Source: an uncultured bacterium
GTDB lineage: Bacteria > Krumholzibacteriota > Krumholzibacteriia > LZORAL124-64-63
Length of the DNA stretch: 64,000 bases
Reading direction: 5' to 3'
Assembly: GCA_963727525.1 (NCBI GenBank)
Contig: CAVSGO010000007.1
Span: forward strand, 1,088,001-1,152,000
Shown: positions 30,741 through 41,065 of the stretch, one piece after another
Numbering within the stretch: the first letter of the stretch is position 1
Layout: each line of letters begins with the position of its first letter
Notes under the pieces: model-generated
The model's database searches: none
What the model was told of the DNA's origin: nothing
What the model saw: only the letters and a program-made list of their open reading frames with translations
Made by a program: the position numbers and the translations under genes

Positions 30741-31658
30741 TCATCCCGGCCGGTCGGCCCGGCGGGCGCCATCTCGCAGCAGCGCCTCGATCTCCGCGAG
30801 GGTCGGCAAGCCGCGCCGCCCGCCCCAGTCCCGGCACTTGAGCGCCGCCGCGGCGCTCGCGAACGCTAGCGAGCCGAGGAAGTCCCGCCCCTGCAGGAGC
30901 GCATACGCATACCCCGCGTGGAAGACGTCGCCCGCGCCCGTCGTATCGCGCACCGGCACGGCGAAGGCCGGGACGTGAACGAGAGCGTCGTCCACCAGCG
31001 CGAGGCACCCCGCTTCACCGGCCGTGAGCGCCACCCGCCGCGGACCACGCTCCCGCAACGCGCGCAGCGCCGCGAGGGGTTCATCCTGACCCGTGAGCGC
31101 GGGCGCAAACGTCCGCGAGGAGATCACGTCGCTGCAGCGGGCCACGAGGGTCTCGGCGCCAGCCCGGACCGAGCCGCCATCGAGCACCACCGGGATACCC
31201 CGCCCGCCCGCCCAGCCCGCGAGACGGGAGGCCGCGGCGCACTCGTGCCCATCGCAGTACAGAAGGTCGACGCCGTCCAGCCACTCTCGCGCCACCGCAT
31301 CGGCCGGCAGCATGGGCAGCGTGCCGCGCGTCCAGAAGATCGTACGATGCCCCCGTCGAGGATCGACGAGGATCACGGCGCGGGGACTCGCCCGCCCCAC
31401 CGCCCGGCGGCACCACGAAAGATCGATGCCGGCATCCCGCAATTCCGCCTGGTGACGCCGCGACGGCTCGTCGTCGCCGAACACGGTGATCAGACGCACC
31501 GCAGCACCGAGGCGCGCCAGCGCGACCGCCGCCGTCGCCGCGGGACCGCCGCCGCTCTCGCAGATGAGCGAGACCTCCGTCTTGGTGTCGGAATCGGGCA
31601 AGCCGGACATGGCCACCGTGACGTCGTGGGCATTGTACCCGACCACCAGGATCGTCAC
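30741..31658 (-). CDS. PfkB-family carbohydrate kinase
   Basis: GGGPAATAAVALARLG and VRDTTGAGDVFHAG signatures. GTG start behind AAGGAGG. Confidence 0.92.
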   Translation of the reverse strand: MTILVVGYNAHDVTVAMSGLPDSDTKTEVSLICESGGGPAATAAVALARLGAAVRLITVFGDDEPSRRHQAELRDAGIDLSWCRRAVGRASPRAVILVDPRRGHRTIFWTRGTLPMLPADAVAREWLDGVDLLYCDGHECAAASRLAGWAGGRGIPVVLDGGSVRAGAETLVARCSDVISSRTFAPALTGQDEPLAALRALRERGPRRVALTAGEAGCLALVDDALVHVPAFAVPVRDTTGAGDVFHAGYAYALLQGRDFLGSLAFASAAAALKCRDWGGRRGLPTLAEIEALLRDGARRADRPG

Positions 31659-31742
31659 CGGCCCCTCCTTGCCGAGCACGGGTCGACCATGTTAGCCTGT
31701 CGACTCCCGCGGCGACGACCACCGCGAACGAAAGGTCCGGCC

Positions 31743-32087
31743 ATGACTCCGTGCATCTTTTGCAAGATCGCTGCCGGCGAGATCGCCAGCCGGCAGGTGT
31801 ACCGAGACGACGCGATCGTCGCCTTCCACGATGTCAATCCCCAGGCGCCGGTGCATATCCTCGTCATCCCGCACAAGCACGTGGCTTCGCTCGCCGACCT
31901 CACCGAGGCGGATACCGAACTCGCGGGACGTCTGCAACTCGTGGCCACCCAGGTCGCCGCCGAAGCCGGACTCGCCGGGAGCGGGTACCGTGTCGTCGTG
32001 AACTGTGGCGCGGACGCCTGCCAGAGCGTGCCGCACCTGCATCTGCACGTGATGGGGGGACGGCAGTTCAGCTGGCCTCCCGGATGA
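31743..32087 (+). CDS. HIT-family nucleotide-binding protein (Hint)
   Basis: CIFCKI, PQAPVHILVIP, HLHLHVMGGRQFSWPPG. Confidence 0.95.
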   Translation: MTPCIFCKIAAGEIASRQVYRDDAIVAFHDVNPQAPVHILVIPHKHVASLADLTEADTELAGRLQLVATQVAAEAGLAGSGYRVVVNCGADACQSVPHLHLHVMGGRQFSWPPG

Positions 32088-32114
32088 TGTCCGCACGTCC
32101 CCGCCATGGGATAT

Positions 32115-32153
32115 GACGAGGGGGGCCGGTCCACCCGACCGGTCCCCCTCGTC
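32115..32153. terminator. Hairpin between convergent genes (likely bidirectional terminator)
   Basis: GACGAGGGGGGCCGGTC-CACCC-GACCGGTCCCCCTCGTC. Confidence 0.7.
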
Positions 32154-32169
32154 GTTTCGCGGCCGCCGC

Positions 32170-32817
32170 TCAGATATCGTAGAGCCCACGCCCCACACGC
32201 TTGATTCGCGTGCTCGTGGAGAGCGTGCGTCGCAGCACGTTGTCGAAGTTGGCGCTCTTCGTGGCGAACAGCTTCTTACTCGTGATGGTCTTCAGAAGCT
32301 CCTGGAACGGGATCGCCTCGCCGCGCCTGGCGATGACGTCGTGGATGACGTCCTCGAGGGTCACCTTCCCGCCCGCGCGCGCCTTCGTCGTCTTGCCCGT
32401 TTTCTTCGCAGTTTTCTTGGCGGCCTTCTTCGCCGACTTCTTGGTCACCTTCTTCTTGGTCGCCTTCTTCCTGGTCGTCTTCTTCCTGGTCGCCTTCTTC
32501 TTGGCGGCCTTCTTCGCGGTCTTCTTGGCGGCCTTCTTCCCTACCTTCTTGGCAACCTTCTTGGTCGTCTTGCGCCCCCGCTTCTTACGGCCCGTCTTCT
32601 TACGGGCTGTCTTGCGCACCGACCGGCGACCCGCGGCCTTACCGCTCATGACCGACCCGGCGACCAGCTGGGATAGCTCGTCCTCGATCAGGTCCAGTTC
32701 GTCGCGCAACTCCGTCCGGCGTTCCTCGAGCGTCTCGATACGCTCCTTCGTAGCAATCAGCTCCTCCAGCTCCGCACGACTCAGACCCTTGAGAAGGGTC
32801 ATGACGTTGGTTGGCAT
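32170..32817 (-). CDS. Histone H1-like Lys/Ala-rich DNA-binding protein (coiled coil + basic linker + winged-helix-like C-terminus)
   Basis: Acidic heptad N-terminus, about 90 aa of KKAAKK/KKTAKK repeats, C-terminal TLEDVIHDVI...RVGRGLY. ATG at 32817 behind AAGGAG. Confidence 0.85.
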   Translation of the reverse strand: MPTNVMTLLKGLSRAELEELIATKERIETLEERRTELRDELDLIEDELSQLVAGSVMSGKAAGRRSVRKTARKKTGRKKRGRKTTKKVAKKVGKKAAKKTAKKAAKKKATRKKTTRKKATKKKVTKKSAKKAAKKTAKKTGKTTKARAGGKVTLEDVIHDVIARRGEAIPFQELLKTITSKKLFATKSANFDNVLRRTLSTSTRIKRVGRGLYDI

Positions 32818-32900
32818 AATATCGACTCCTTCCGCGGCGTTCTTGCATGTCCGCAGCAACAGTATGAAAGAACATGAATGGCGTCAACAGAGAAACAGGT

Positions 32901-34535
32901 TCAACGGCTGCGATAGCGCCGTGCAGACGGGGGGATCCACCAGTCCTGAAGATTGTTGTAGGGCGAGAGCAGGTGTGGGCGCACGCCCTGAATACGCGCG
33001 CTCACAGCCATCAATGTGGTCGGGTAATAAAGGAGAACGTCAGGCGGATCAGCGGCCAGTTCCGTCTGGATCTCGTGCCAGAGCGGGCGGGCTCGTTCGC
33101 GATCGCTCTCCCGCAGTGCCACCGTGAGTAGCGAATCGACCCGGGCATTCGAGTAACCACCGAAGTTGAAACGGTCCTGGGCGTCGGTGCGGACGAGTTC
33201 GGATGGATCGCCATAGAGATTGGCGTTGAATTCGACCAGTGCCGCGTCGAAGGAACCTTCCTGCAGGGCGGCGATCATGGTGGCCAGCTCCAGACGCCGC
33301 GGCCTCACCTCGACACCGACAGCGCCGAGATACGTACGCACGAGCGCCGCCGTCTCCTCGGATACCGGATCGCCACCCTTGACCATCATCTCGAGACGCA
33401 GCGGCTTGCCGTCACGGTCGACCCGTCCGTCACCATCATGGTCCTCCCAGCCAGCCTCGGCCAGCAGGCGCCGCGCCTCGGCGGGATCGTAAGGATCCGA
33501 CGCGACCGTCGCATCGTGATTCCAGAGGGACGGTGGCAACAAGCTCGCGGCCGGCTGGCCGAATCCCTGCAGCACGTCGTGCACGAGCCGGTCGCGATCG
33601 ATCGCCAGCGACAGGGCGCGCCGCACACGGACGTCGGCGCACACGCCTCGCCGGAGATTCCAGATGATGAAGGTCAGCGCGCGGCCCGGAATCTGGTAGA
33701 TCGTCACGTCCGGATCCTGCGTCAACCGCTGCGCCGCGCTGGCCGTGAGATCCGCGACCACGTCCACCTCGCCCGTCTCCAGAGCCAGCACGCGCGCGGT
33801 CTCGTCCGGCAGCACGCGCATGATCACACGATCCAGCCAGGGATGCGGCAACGGGTACGCGGGATTCGGAACCAGCGTGAGCTGGCGACCACGTTCCCAG
33901 GTCTCGAGCATGAACGGTCCCGAGGCGAGCGGATGTTGATTCAGTGGCCAGTGCGCAACGTCGGCCGCCGCCAGGTCACGGGTCACGTGCCATGGCAGGA
34001 TCGCGTAGACGGTCTTCTCCACGGGCCGCGGCACGGGGTGCTTCAGCTCGAACCGGACCGTCGCGGAGTCCACCTCCACCACTCTCGCAACCACTCGGAA
34101 CTGACCGGCGCGCGGACTGGCGACGCGCGGATCCATGAGCAGCTCGTAGCTGCTGACGACGTCGCGCGCCGTCAGGGGCACGCCATCGGACCAGGACCAC
34201 GGCCGCAGATGATACGTGATGGCGAGGCTGTCGGGCGCCACCGACCAGGACGACGCGATCATCGGCCCCCACTCGAGATCCTCCCCCATCTCCGCCAGTC
34301 CGGCCTGGACCAGGGACAGCACCTGCCCGGCCACCGCCGAGGACCGAATGAGGGAGTTCATGACATCTGGTTCGTCTGCGAGAGCGATGACAGCCGTGCC
34401 GCCGGCGACCGGCTGCGCATCGACGCGTCCGGAAGGAGGCGCCTCGTGGTGGTCATCGCGGCCCTGGCAACCACCGAGAGCGAGCAGCGCCACCAGGACG
34501 ATCGATGCAGGAGAAGGCCGGGTGCGACCGGGCAA
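32901..34535 (-). CDS. ABC peptide/oligopeptide substrate-binding lipoprotein (family 5)
   Basis: Lipobox LALGGC, WSDGVPLTARDV, GPFMLETW, VRRALSLAIDR. TTG start behind AAGGAG. No permease or ATPase genes adjacent. Confidence 0.9.
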   Translation of the reverse strand: MPGRTRPSPASIVLVALLALGGCQGRDDHHEAPPSGRVDAQPVAGGTAVIALADEPDVMNSLIRSSAVAGQVLSLVQAGLAEMGEDLEWGPMIASSWSVAPDSLAITYHLRPWSWSDGVPLTARDVVSSYELLMDPRVASPRAGQFRVVARVVEVDSATVRFELKHPVPRPVEKTVYAILPWHVTRDLAAADVAHWPLNQHPLASGPFMLETWERGRQLTLVPNPAYPLPHPWLDRVIMRVLPDETARVLALETGEVDVVADLTASAAQRLTQDPDVTIYQIPGRALTFIIWNLRRGVCADVRVRRALSLAIDRDRLVHDVLQGFGQPAASLLPPSLWNHDATVASDPYDPAEARRLLAEAGWEDHDGDGRVDRDGKPLRLEMMVKGGDPVSEETAALVRTYLGAVGVEVRPRRLELATMIAALQEGSFDAALVEFNANLYGDPSELVRTDAQDRFNFGGYSNARVDSLLTVALRESDRERARPLWHEIQTELAADPPDVLLYYPTTLMAVSARIQGVRPHLLSPYNNLQDWWIPPSARRYRSR

Positions 34536-34635
34536 GGAGGCTCCTTCGACACGGGAAAACTCTCGTTGATCGTACGGTCTAGCCGCCGCCGCGGTCAATG
34601 TCGCAGGGCGCCTGACGACGCGCCAGCAAAGAACG

Positions 34636-34666
34636 GCGGGGCTCCGGATCGAGCCGGAACCCCGCG
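34636..34666 (-). terminator. Terminator downstream of the C25 protein
   Basis: Minus strand CGCGGGGTTCCGG-CTCGAT-CCGGAGCCCCGC followed by CGTTCTTT. Confidence 0.65.
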
Positions 34667-34692
34667 TCGCGTCCTTGCCTCCGTCGGAGGCG

Positions 34693-37600
34693 TTACTTGA
34701 CCAGCGAGATCTTGAAATTCGTCGCCTGCCCCGCATGGGTCGCCCGCAGCACGTAGACGCCACTGGCCAGAGCGCGGCCACTGCCATCGTGACCGTCCCA
34801 GGTGTACGTCTGCCAGCCCGTCGGCACCTCGCCATGCTGGAGCTGCCTTACCCGCCGACCGGCGAGGTCATAGACCGACACGTCGAGCTGGGCCGTCGCC
34901 CCCGCCGCGCCGGGCACGTATAGCCGGACGGAAGACTGCGGATTGAAGGGGTTGGGGTACGGCGGTTGCACCACGAAGGACGCCGGGAGATCCGCGTCGG
35001 GCACCGGCACGCCCGTGAGATCGGCCAGTACGCCCGTACGTGCCATGTTGCCATGGAACGTGGGCCAGGGCACCCGACCCGCGTTATAGGCGAACGGCAT
35101 GTCCCAGACATGGATGTAGCGGTCCCAGGCCCCGTACACGATGTCGACGTCGCCGTCACCGTTGAGGTCGCAGATCACGGGCGCCGTGCGCAGCGGCCCG
35201 TCCAGATGGATCGGGAAACCGGTGATTGATGTGCCGTCGGCGTGCAAGGCGTACAGGTTCTCCGGCGCCTCGGTGGCGCCGCCACCGATACCCACGAGAA
35301 TGTCGAGGGACATGTCGCCGTCGATGTCGCCGATCACCGGGCTGCCCTCCGTGTTGCCCGGCAACGTCACGGGCCAGCCGCTCATGATGTGGCCGCTCGT
35401 ACCGTCGTCGATGCCCGTGTCGACCGCCACGAGGTCGAGCCGCTGGCCGCCGCCGTTGATCGGCCAGAGAATCTCGGGATGGCCATCGCCGTCGAGATCG
35501 CCGAGGGCCGGACTCGGTCCGGCGCTCTCGTCCCAGGGTATACCGGAGCGGGTGATCGGGAAACCGGGGTACGCCACGCCATTGCTGCGTACGACGAAGA
35601 GGCGGTGGGAGACGTCGAAGAACACGATCTCCGGACTCCCGTCGCCATCGAGATCGGCGGCCGCGGGGCTGCAAATGACCCGATTCGTGCCGGTCGCGAT
35701 CGGGAAGCCCGGCATCATGGAACCATCGAAGCGATAGGCCAGCAGACCGTTGTTGCTGTTGTAGTACAGCGTGCCCATGACGATCTCGAGCTTGCCATCG
35801 CCATCGAGATCGACCAGGGTCGGCGACGAGTAGTTCCACGTCTCGTCAGGGCGCACTGCGAAGACACCGTTCGTCGCCGGATCGTTGTCGCCGTCACGCA
35901 GCTCGGTACCGTCCACGTGCCACACGTAGGTGCGTCCCGCGACGTTGTTGACGACGATCTCCGGTTCGCCATCTCCGTCGACGTCGCCGATCGCCGGCGT
36001 CGCCCAGTTCCAGTCGTTCATCGTCTGCGGCCAACCCGGCATGATCGACCCGTCGGCCCGATAGATGTAGATCTTCTTGCCGACGAGTCGTTCGCTCACC
36101 ACGATTTCCAGTCCCGGTTGCCCATCGAGGTTGGCCAGAGCGACACCCGCCGGTTCGAACTGCCCGTCGATCCCGGTGATCGGTCCGTTGGTCTGGGCGT
36201 CGTGGTCGCCATCGATCAGTTCCTGACCGTTGGCCTGCCACACGTAGACCTCGTCCGAAGCGAGGACGATCTCGAGCGTACCATCGCCGTTCACGTCGCC
36301 GACGGCCGGGTGACTGCTCGTCTCGACAGCGAACGGCTGCGGAAACGCCTCCATCTCCGGCGGCGTCGTGGGTTGCGAGATCACCGGCGACGCCGCGCTC
36401 TCCACGAGCGACGAATCCACGGCGGTGACCTTGTAATAGTAGACCGTGAGCTGATCGAGCCCGTCGTCCTCGTAGAACGAGACGCCATCGAGAAGGTCGG
36501 GATTGACACGCGCATACGTCCCCGACTCGCTCGTGGATCGGTACACGTTGTAGCCACGGACATCGGCATCGTTCACTGGCGCCCAGCGCAGCGCGATCGT
36601 GTTCGGCCCGAGCGTGGTATCCGTCGTCGGCACTTCCGGAGTCGAGGGCGGCGCCAGCGTGAAGTCATGGCGCACCGTGCGACCGTAGTTGTCGACGACC
36701 AGGAGCCAGCACGGGCTGCTCGCCGCGTTGGCCGCGTTGATCACGCGCAACGAGAGCGTCTGCGCTCCGGCCTGGGAATCGAGCAGGTTCAAACCGCTGT
36801 AAGTGGTCAGCGTGTCCACGAGCGTGATGTTCGCACTGCTCGTGCGCAGGCGACCGGTCCCCGAATCGTAGCGACCCGCTCCGTAGTTCTTGAGGTTCAC
36901 GGACACGGCCACGCGCTCGTTGTTCTCGAGAATGCCATTGCCGTTGCCGTACGGCGCGCTGTCGCTCCAGGTGAGCGCGACCGGTTCCACCTCCGGTGCC
37001 ATCACGGGGAGTTTGAGCTGACTGACGAAATTGCCGGTCCCGTTGACGGTGATGGTCACCGTAAGGTCGACGAACGCGCCGTCGGTCATGCTCGATGCCA
37101 GGTTCAGCACCACGTTCTGCTGCGAGACGCCATAGCCATTCGCCGCGATGTTGGCGAACGCCACGGTACCCACGAGCACGGTCGCGCCGGGCGTCGACGT
37201 CGTCACGTGTGCCTGCACGTTCGTGGCACCCGCGCCGCCCTGGTCGTGGGCCACCAGCGTCAATTCGACGGTTTCACCGGCTTCGGCCTGATTGTTGCCA
37301 TTGCCCACCACGGCGCCGGATCCGCTCTGGTCATGCAGGAGCTCGTCGGTGCAGGTGACATAGGTCGAGGGAACAGTGATGGTCACGTTGCGGGTCGTGC
37401 GCGCGAGATCGAGGCCGGTCGCCGTCACCACGAGCTGGCCCGCGGAGTGGGCGTTCACCGAGAGGGCCGCCTGGCCCGACGCGTTTGTCAGCCCGTACGC
37501 GTAGGTCTCGGCGTCCTTGGCCGCGCAAACCAGAGCGCCGGCGACCGGGCTGCCGCTGGCGGTGACCGTCACCGTCAACGTGCGCGGTCCGGTCGGAATC

Positions 37601-39522
37601 GACGACGCCGCCGACACCGTGATCGCGCGCGGTTGCCCGGTCCAGATCGCGAGCGCGGGATCGCCCAGGAGGTTGTAGTTGAGCTGCGTCCAGCGGTCGA
37701 CTGTGTTGCGATCCGTATTGTCCACGTACGGCAGTCGGCTGTAGGTAACAGCATCCGCTGCCCGGTCGACACCATTGCACAGCAAGCCTGTGTAGAACTG
37801 CTGCTGGTAGTTGTCGCTGGTCGCGGGGAAGGCCTCGCGCGAGGAGCCGATCGAGGCGATCGACCCACCATGGGGATTCTGCAGGAATCGCTCCATGAGG
37901 CACGAGAAGTCGAAGGCTCCGGACGCGCAGTTCAGCGCGTAGAGGACGAAGTAATTCGGGTTCGTGAGCATATCCGCGTCCCCGGTGCGGAAGTTCGCGT
38001 CGCCCACGGACATATTGAAATAATAGCCGTGGCCGATCTGATTGAACATGCCGTAGTGACCCGTGTTGAGCGTGTCGATGAGGGCGGCCCGGGTCAGGTG
38101 CGCCGCACCGCTGTAGGCAGTGTTGTTCTCGTACATTCGGGTCGGCGCCATCGTCGTGCACGGCGTCAACTGGTTATCGATGATCTCCTCCGCATACGTC
38201 GCACCGTCGAGCGAGATCGAGTCGCCGGGATGCCAGTCGGCAGGGAAGAGCACCTCGGCCGCGAAGAGGAAGCGATTCGGCCAGTTCGTACTGGCCGCGG
38301 CCGACTCGTAGGCGATGACCTTGTCGACGAAGGCTTGGGCGGCGTCGACCGTGCTCACCGGCGCACGGCCGATGCCCACCTCGGCCATGAAATCAGCCTC
38401 GTCGCCGGGCTGGACGGTGCTGTAGTAGGGCTGCCCCATCCAGCTGTCACCATCGGCGTTCCAGTTGCCATCGAGGCACGAGAAGTAGAGATCGGTCGGC
38501 ACGTCGGTGTGCCCGCCGAAGGGATAGAAATTCGAGCGCACCCACCGCGGCGGCAGAATGTCGGTATCGCCGCCGAGCAGCACGTACTCCATGCCCCACT
38601 TCGCATAGGCGTCCTGGAGAAACAGGCGCAGCGTCTCCTGGAAGTCGACGCCATGCCGGCCGTGCGACTCGATCCACGACCGCGTCACGACGAGCCCCGG
38701 GAAGCCCTGGGCCGTGCGGAACTGGACGAGGCGGTTGAACTCCAGCGCCATCGCCTGATTCGTGATCACCAGATACCGGACCGGGCTGCCCTCGAGGCTC
38801 GGGTTCGGTGTCGGCAGGAATGCCTCGCCATCCGCGCTCACCTTGACGCCGTCCTGGCGGGCATAGCCGCCGAGCACCTCGGGATTGACGACCAGCTTCT
38901 GCAAGGCCGACTCGAGGCGCTGCCGCTCACCCGGCACGAGACGCTGGCGCGCGAGAGGCGGCTCCACAGTGATCGCCGGATCCGTCACCTGCCGGATCCG
39001 GAACGCATCGAGCACCTCCACCTGGGGCGTGCCATCGGCGGTCGGTGCAACGGCGCGCAGCGGATACACGGTGACGGCGGCGAGCCGGTAGCCGTGCCAG
39101 GTCCGCAGACCGCGATACTCGCCCCAGACGGCGGGAAACGCCGCATCGCTCGCCGGCACAATATCCACGGCGCGGGTGCCGCCATCACTCGCCTGCAATG
39201 GCGCCGCGACCGCGAGGGCGCCGGGCGCTTCCTCCACGTGGGTCGCCAGCGGCTCCACCACCAGATCGGCCAGCGGCAGATCCGCCGGGATCAGCAGCAT
39301 GATGTCACGGGCGGGAAGGTCGGGGCGGTCGGTTTGATCGAGTGTGCGGCCCCCGATCAGTTCCGCGTGGTACCCGGCATCCGTCCGGTACCAGGTCCAG
39401 TCCGCCGGCTGCGTCTGACCCGTGAAGACTACCTGGGACGGCGCCGCCAGCGCCGTTCCAGACATCAAGACAGCAGCGAGCAGAAGCATGATCGCGCGAG
39501 AAGGAACTAACGTCCGGGACAT
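34693..39522 (-). CDS. Large secreted gingipain-like C25 cysteine peptidase with Ig/FN3, FG-GAP repeats and FlgD-Ig/T9SS-type C-terminal domain
   Basis: Signal peptide, YVLLGGD, PTDLYFSCLDG, IGRAP, catalytic-type GHG and NC motifs, YNLLGDP, GYNVYRS (FN3), multiple GDxDGDG repeats, and YPNPFNP...VYDLAGRRVR...WDG...SGVY. Confidence 0.92.
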   Translation of the reverse strand: MSRTLVPSRAIMLLLAAVLMSGTALAAPSQVVFTGQTQPADWTWYRTDAGYHAELIGGRTLDQTDRPDLPARDIMLLIPADLPLADLVVEPLATHVEEAPGALAVAAPLQASDGGTRAVDIVPASDAAFPAVWGEYRGLRTWHGYRLAAVTVYPLRAVAPTADGTPQVEVLDAFRIRQVTDPAITVEPPLARQRLVPGERQRLESALQKLVVNPEVLGGYARQDGVKVSADGEAFLPTPNPSLEGSPVRYLVITNQAMALEFNRLVQFRTAQGFPGLVVTRSWIESHGRHGVDFQETLRLFLQDAYAKWGMEYVLLGGDTDILPPRWVRSNFYPFGGHTDVPTDLYFSCLDGNWNADGDSWMGQPYYSTVQPGDEADFMAEVGIGRAPVSTVDAAQAFVDKVIAYESAAASTNWPNRFLFAAEVLFPADWHPGDSISLDGATYAEEIIDNQLTPCTTMAPTRMYENNTAYSGAAHLTRAALIDTLNTGHYGMFNQIGHGYYFNMSVGDANFRTGDADMLTNPNYFVLYALNCASGAFDFSCLMERFLQNPHGGSIASIGSSREAFPATSDNYQQQFYTGLLCNGVDRAADAVTYSRLPYVDNTDRNTVDRWTQLNYNLLGDPALAIWTGQPRAITVSAASSIPTGPRTLTVTVTASGSPVAGALVCAAKDAETYAYGLTNASGQAALSVNAHSAGQLVVTATGLDLARTTRNVTITVPSTYVTCTDELLHDQSGSGAVVGNGNNQAEAGETVELTLVAHDQGGAGATNVQAHVTTSTPGATVLVGTVAFANIAANGYGVSQQNVVLNLASSMTDGAFVDLTVTITVNGTGNFVSQLKLPVMAPEVEPVALTWSDSAPYGNGNGILENNERVAVSVNLKNYGAGRYDSGTGRLRTSSANITLVDTLTTYSGLNLLDSQAGAQTLSLRVINAANAASSPCWLLVVDNYGRTVRHDFTLAPPSTPEVPTTDTTLGPNTIALRWAPVNDADVRGYNVYRSTSESGTYARVNPDLLDGVSFYEDDGLDQLTVYYYKVTAVDSSLVESAASPVISQPTTPPEMEAFPQPFAVETSSHPAVGDVNGDGTLEIVLASDEVYVWQANGQELIDGDHDAQTNGPITGIDGQFEPAGVALANLDGQPGLEIVVSERLVGKKIYIYRADGSIMPGWPQTMNDWNWATPAIGDVDGDGEPEIVVNNVAGRTYVWHVDGTELRDGDNDPATNGVFAVRPDETWNYSSPTLVDLDGDGKLEIVMGTLYYNSNNGLLAYRFDGSMMPGFPIATGTNRVICSPAAADLDGDGSPEIVFFDVSHRLFVVRSNGVAYPGFPITRSGIPWDESAGPSPALGDLDGDGHPEILWPINGGGQRLDLVAVDTGIDDGTSGHIMSGWPVTLPGNTEGSPVIGDIDGDMSLDILVGIGGGATEAPENLYALHADGTSITGFPIHLDGPLRTAPVICDLNGDGDVDIVYGAWDRYIHVWDMPFAYNAGRVPWPTFHGNMARTGVLADLTGVPVPDADLPASFVVQPPYPNPFNPQSSVRLYVPGAAGATAQLDVSVYDLAGRRVRQLQHGEVPTGWQTYTWDGHDGSGRALASGVYVLRATHAGQATNFKISLVK

Positions 39523-39738
39523 GCCTGACCTCCAGTAGGGATTGGTCTCGTGATACCAGAGAGGCCTGGACCCTTCCGGGGGGAAGAAGGGCGAGTGAGC
39601 GCTCGGCGACCCGGTCCGTGGGCCGCGCAGACGAAATCGTACTGTACCACAAAACGTCGAGATGGTCAATCAAGTCTGTTGATGTCCGATTAGAGAATCT
39701 CGCCGAATAACAGGCGGGTCGACCGTTTCCGCGCCGGA

Positions 39739-41064
39739 TCAAGGGATCAGGCGGCGCGTCTCCCCCGGGCCCACGCCGATCACGCGCGCCGCCGGCGCGC
39801 CTCCGGCTGCCGCCATCGCCACCGCAGGCACGACCAGCAGGCGTCGGCTGTGCGTGTAGTTCCGAACGACGATCTCCCGACCCACCACACGCCAGGAGGT
39901 CCCATGACGCTGGAGGCTCCCGATCTCCCCATCGACGAGGTAGATCGGCGCCGTGCCGGCACCCGGCGGCGCGATCGCCGTGAGCATGGCGTCGAGCGAC
40001 TGCAGACCGCGGTCGACGACAGTGGTATCGAGGTGGACGAAGTTGATCCGATGCGTCTCCACGATGGCCGGTTCGCCCCATCGCCACGCGCGGTGGACCG
40101 CTGCGGTGCAGGCGCGGATCGTGGCCTCGCGATCCGGACTCTGCACCGGTTCGAGCAGGCAGTTGCGATCGAGATACGTACGATCGCGCCGGACCTGACG
40201 CGCCCAGGTCCGGTCGAGCACCTTGAGGATGCGACCGATCCGGCTGTTCCAGGCGGGATTGCGCTGCTCCCGCTTGGCCTGGATCACGCGGATTCCGCGG
40301 CTGACCCAGAGCCGTTCGCAACGGTCGTCCCAGTGGTAATCCGGGGCGATCACCGAACGCGGGGGCATCCCGAAGACGTCCTGGAATACGACCAGGCCGT
40401 GGTCCAGTTCGCCGGCCAGTTGCGCGGAACTGCGCCACGGTCCCAGTTCCCAGGTTCTCTCGCTGTGCGGAAAGATGGTGACTTCCCGCTCCGCTGCTTC
40501 GCGCGCCACCGGTGTGGACAGGGACAGTTCGCGGCGGCGTGCCGGATCGTAGTGATAGCGGCCATGGAACTCGGGGTGCAGCGCCCCGGACGCGATCGCG
40601 GTCTGGACCGCCCGCCAGAGCCCGGGCCGCGTGTAGGCTGGCGGCAGGTCGGGCAGGTCGCGTTCCTGCCACTGCCACGTCGAGTCGCCGCGATCGGCGG
40701 TCGGCTCCCAGGTGAGCGACGAGAGGATGTAGTTGGACTGCAGGACGGCCGGCAAACCGTCACGGCCCCGGTGGCGCTTGAGTACGCCCGCGAGTTGAGC
40801 CACCGTCGCACTGTCCTCCAGGGTCGACTGCCAGTACACGGGCGGAAATGGACCGGGCGCCAGGGCCTTGCGGTCGAGCCCGTCGAGCGCCCCTGCGCTG
40901 GGTACGAATCCGCAGAGGCCCCAGTCGTCGCTCTCCATCGCGACGGCCCGGACCGTGCGCCAGTCCACCGCGGCCGGATTGCGCCCCAGCACGAGCGCGA
41001 ACGCCCCGCACACCAGTGCGAGCACCAGGCCCCCCGCGCGCAGCATGACATGTCGGATGCGCAT
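39739..41064 (-). CDS. Polysaccharide-deacetylase-like protein
   Basis: N-terminal TM, ESDDWG motif, PEFHGRYH, IAPDYHW, HRINFV. Sits in a polysaccharide locus. Confidence 0.65.
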   Translation of the reverse strand: MRIRHVMLRAGGLVLALVCGAFALVLGRNPAAVDWRTVRAVAMESDDWGLCGFVPSAGALDGLDRKALAPGPFPPVYWQSTLEDSATVAQLAGVLKRHRGRDGLPAVLQSNYILSSLTWEPTADRGDSTWQWQERDLPDLPPAYTRPGLWRAVQTAIASGALHPEFHGRYHYDPARRRELSLSTPVAREAAEREVTIFPHSERTWELGPWRSSAQLAGELDHGLVVFQDVFGMPPRSVIAPDYHWDDRCERLWVSRGIRVIQAKREQRNPAWNSRIGRILKVLDRTWARQVRRDRTYLDRNCLLEPVQSPDREATIRACTAAVHRAWRWGEPAIVETHRINFVHLDTTVVDRGLQSLDAMLTAIAPPGAGTAPIYLVDGEIGSLQRHGTSWRVVGREIVVRNYTHSRRLLVVPAVAMAAAGGAPAARVIGVGPGETRRLIP

Positions 41065-41065
41065 G

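Noticed and set aside
32390-32620. Low-complexity CTT-rich DNA as a satellite repeat
   Set aside because: It is explained by Lys codons of the histone-H1-like protein on the minus strand.
35242-39510. 1422-aa plus-strand ORF and other long antisense ORFs (e.g. 27388-29541, 47583-49451, 15677-17572)
   Set aside because: These are shadow ORFs opposite well-supported genes, expected from high-GC codon bias.
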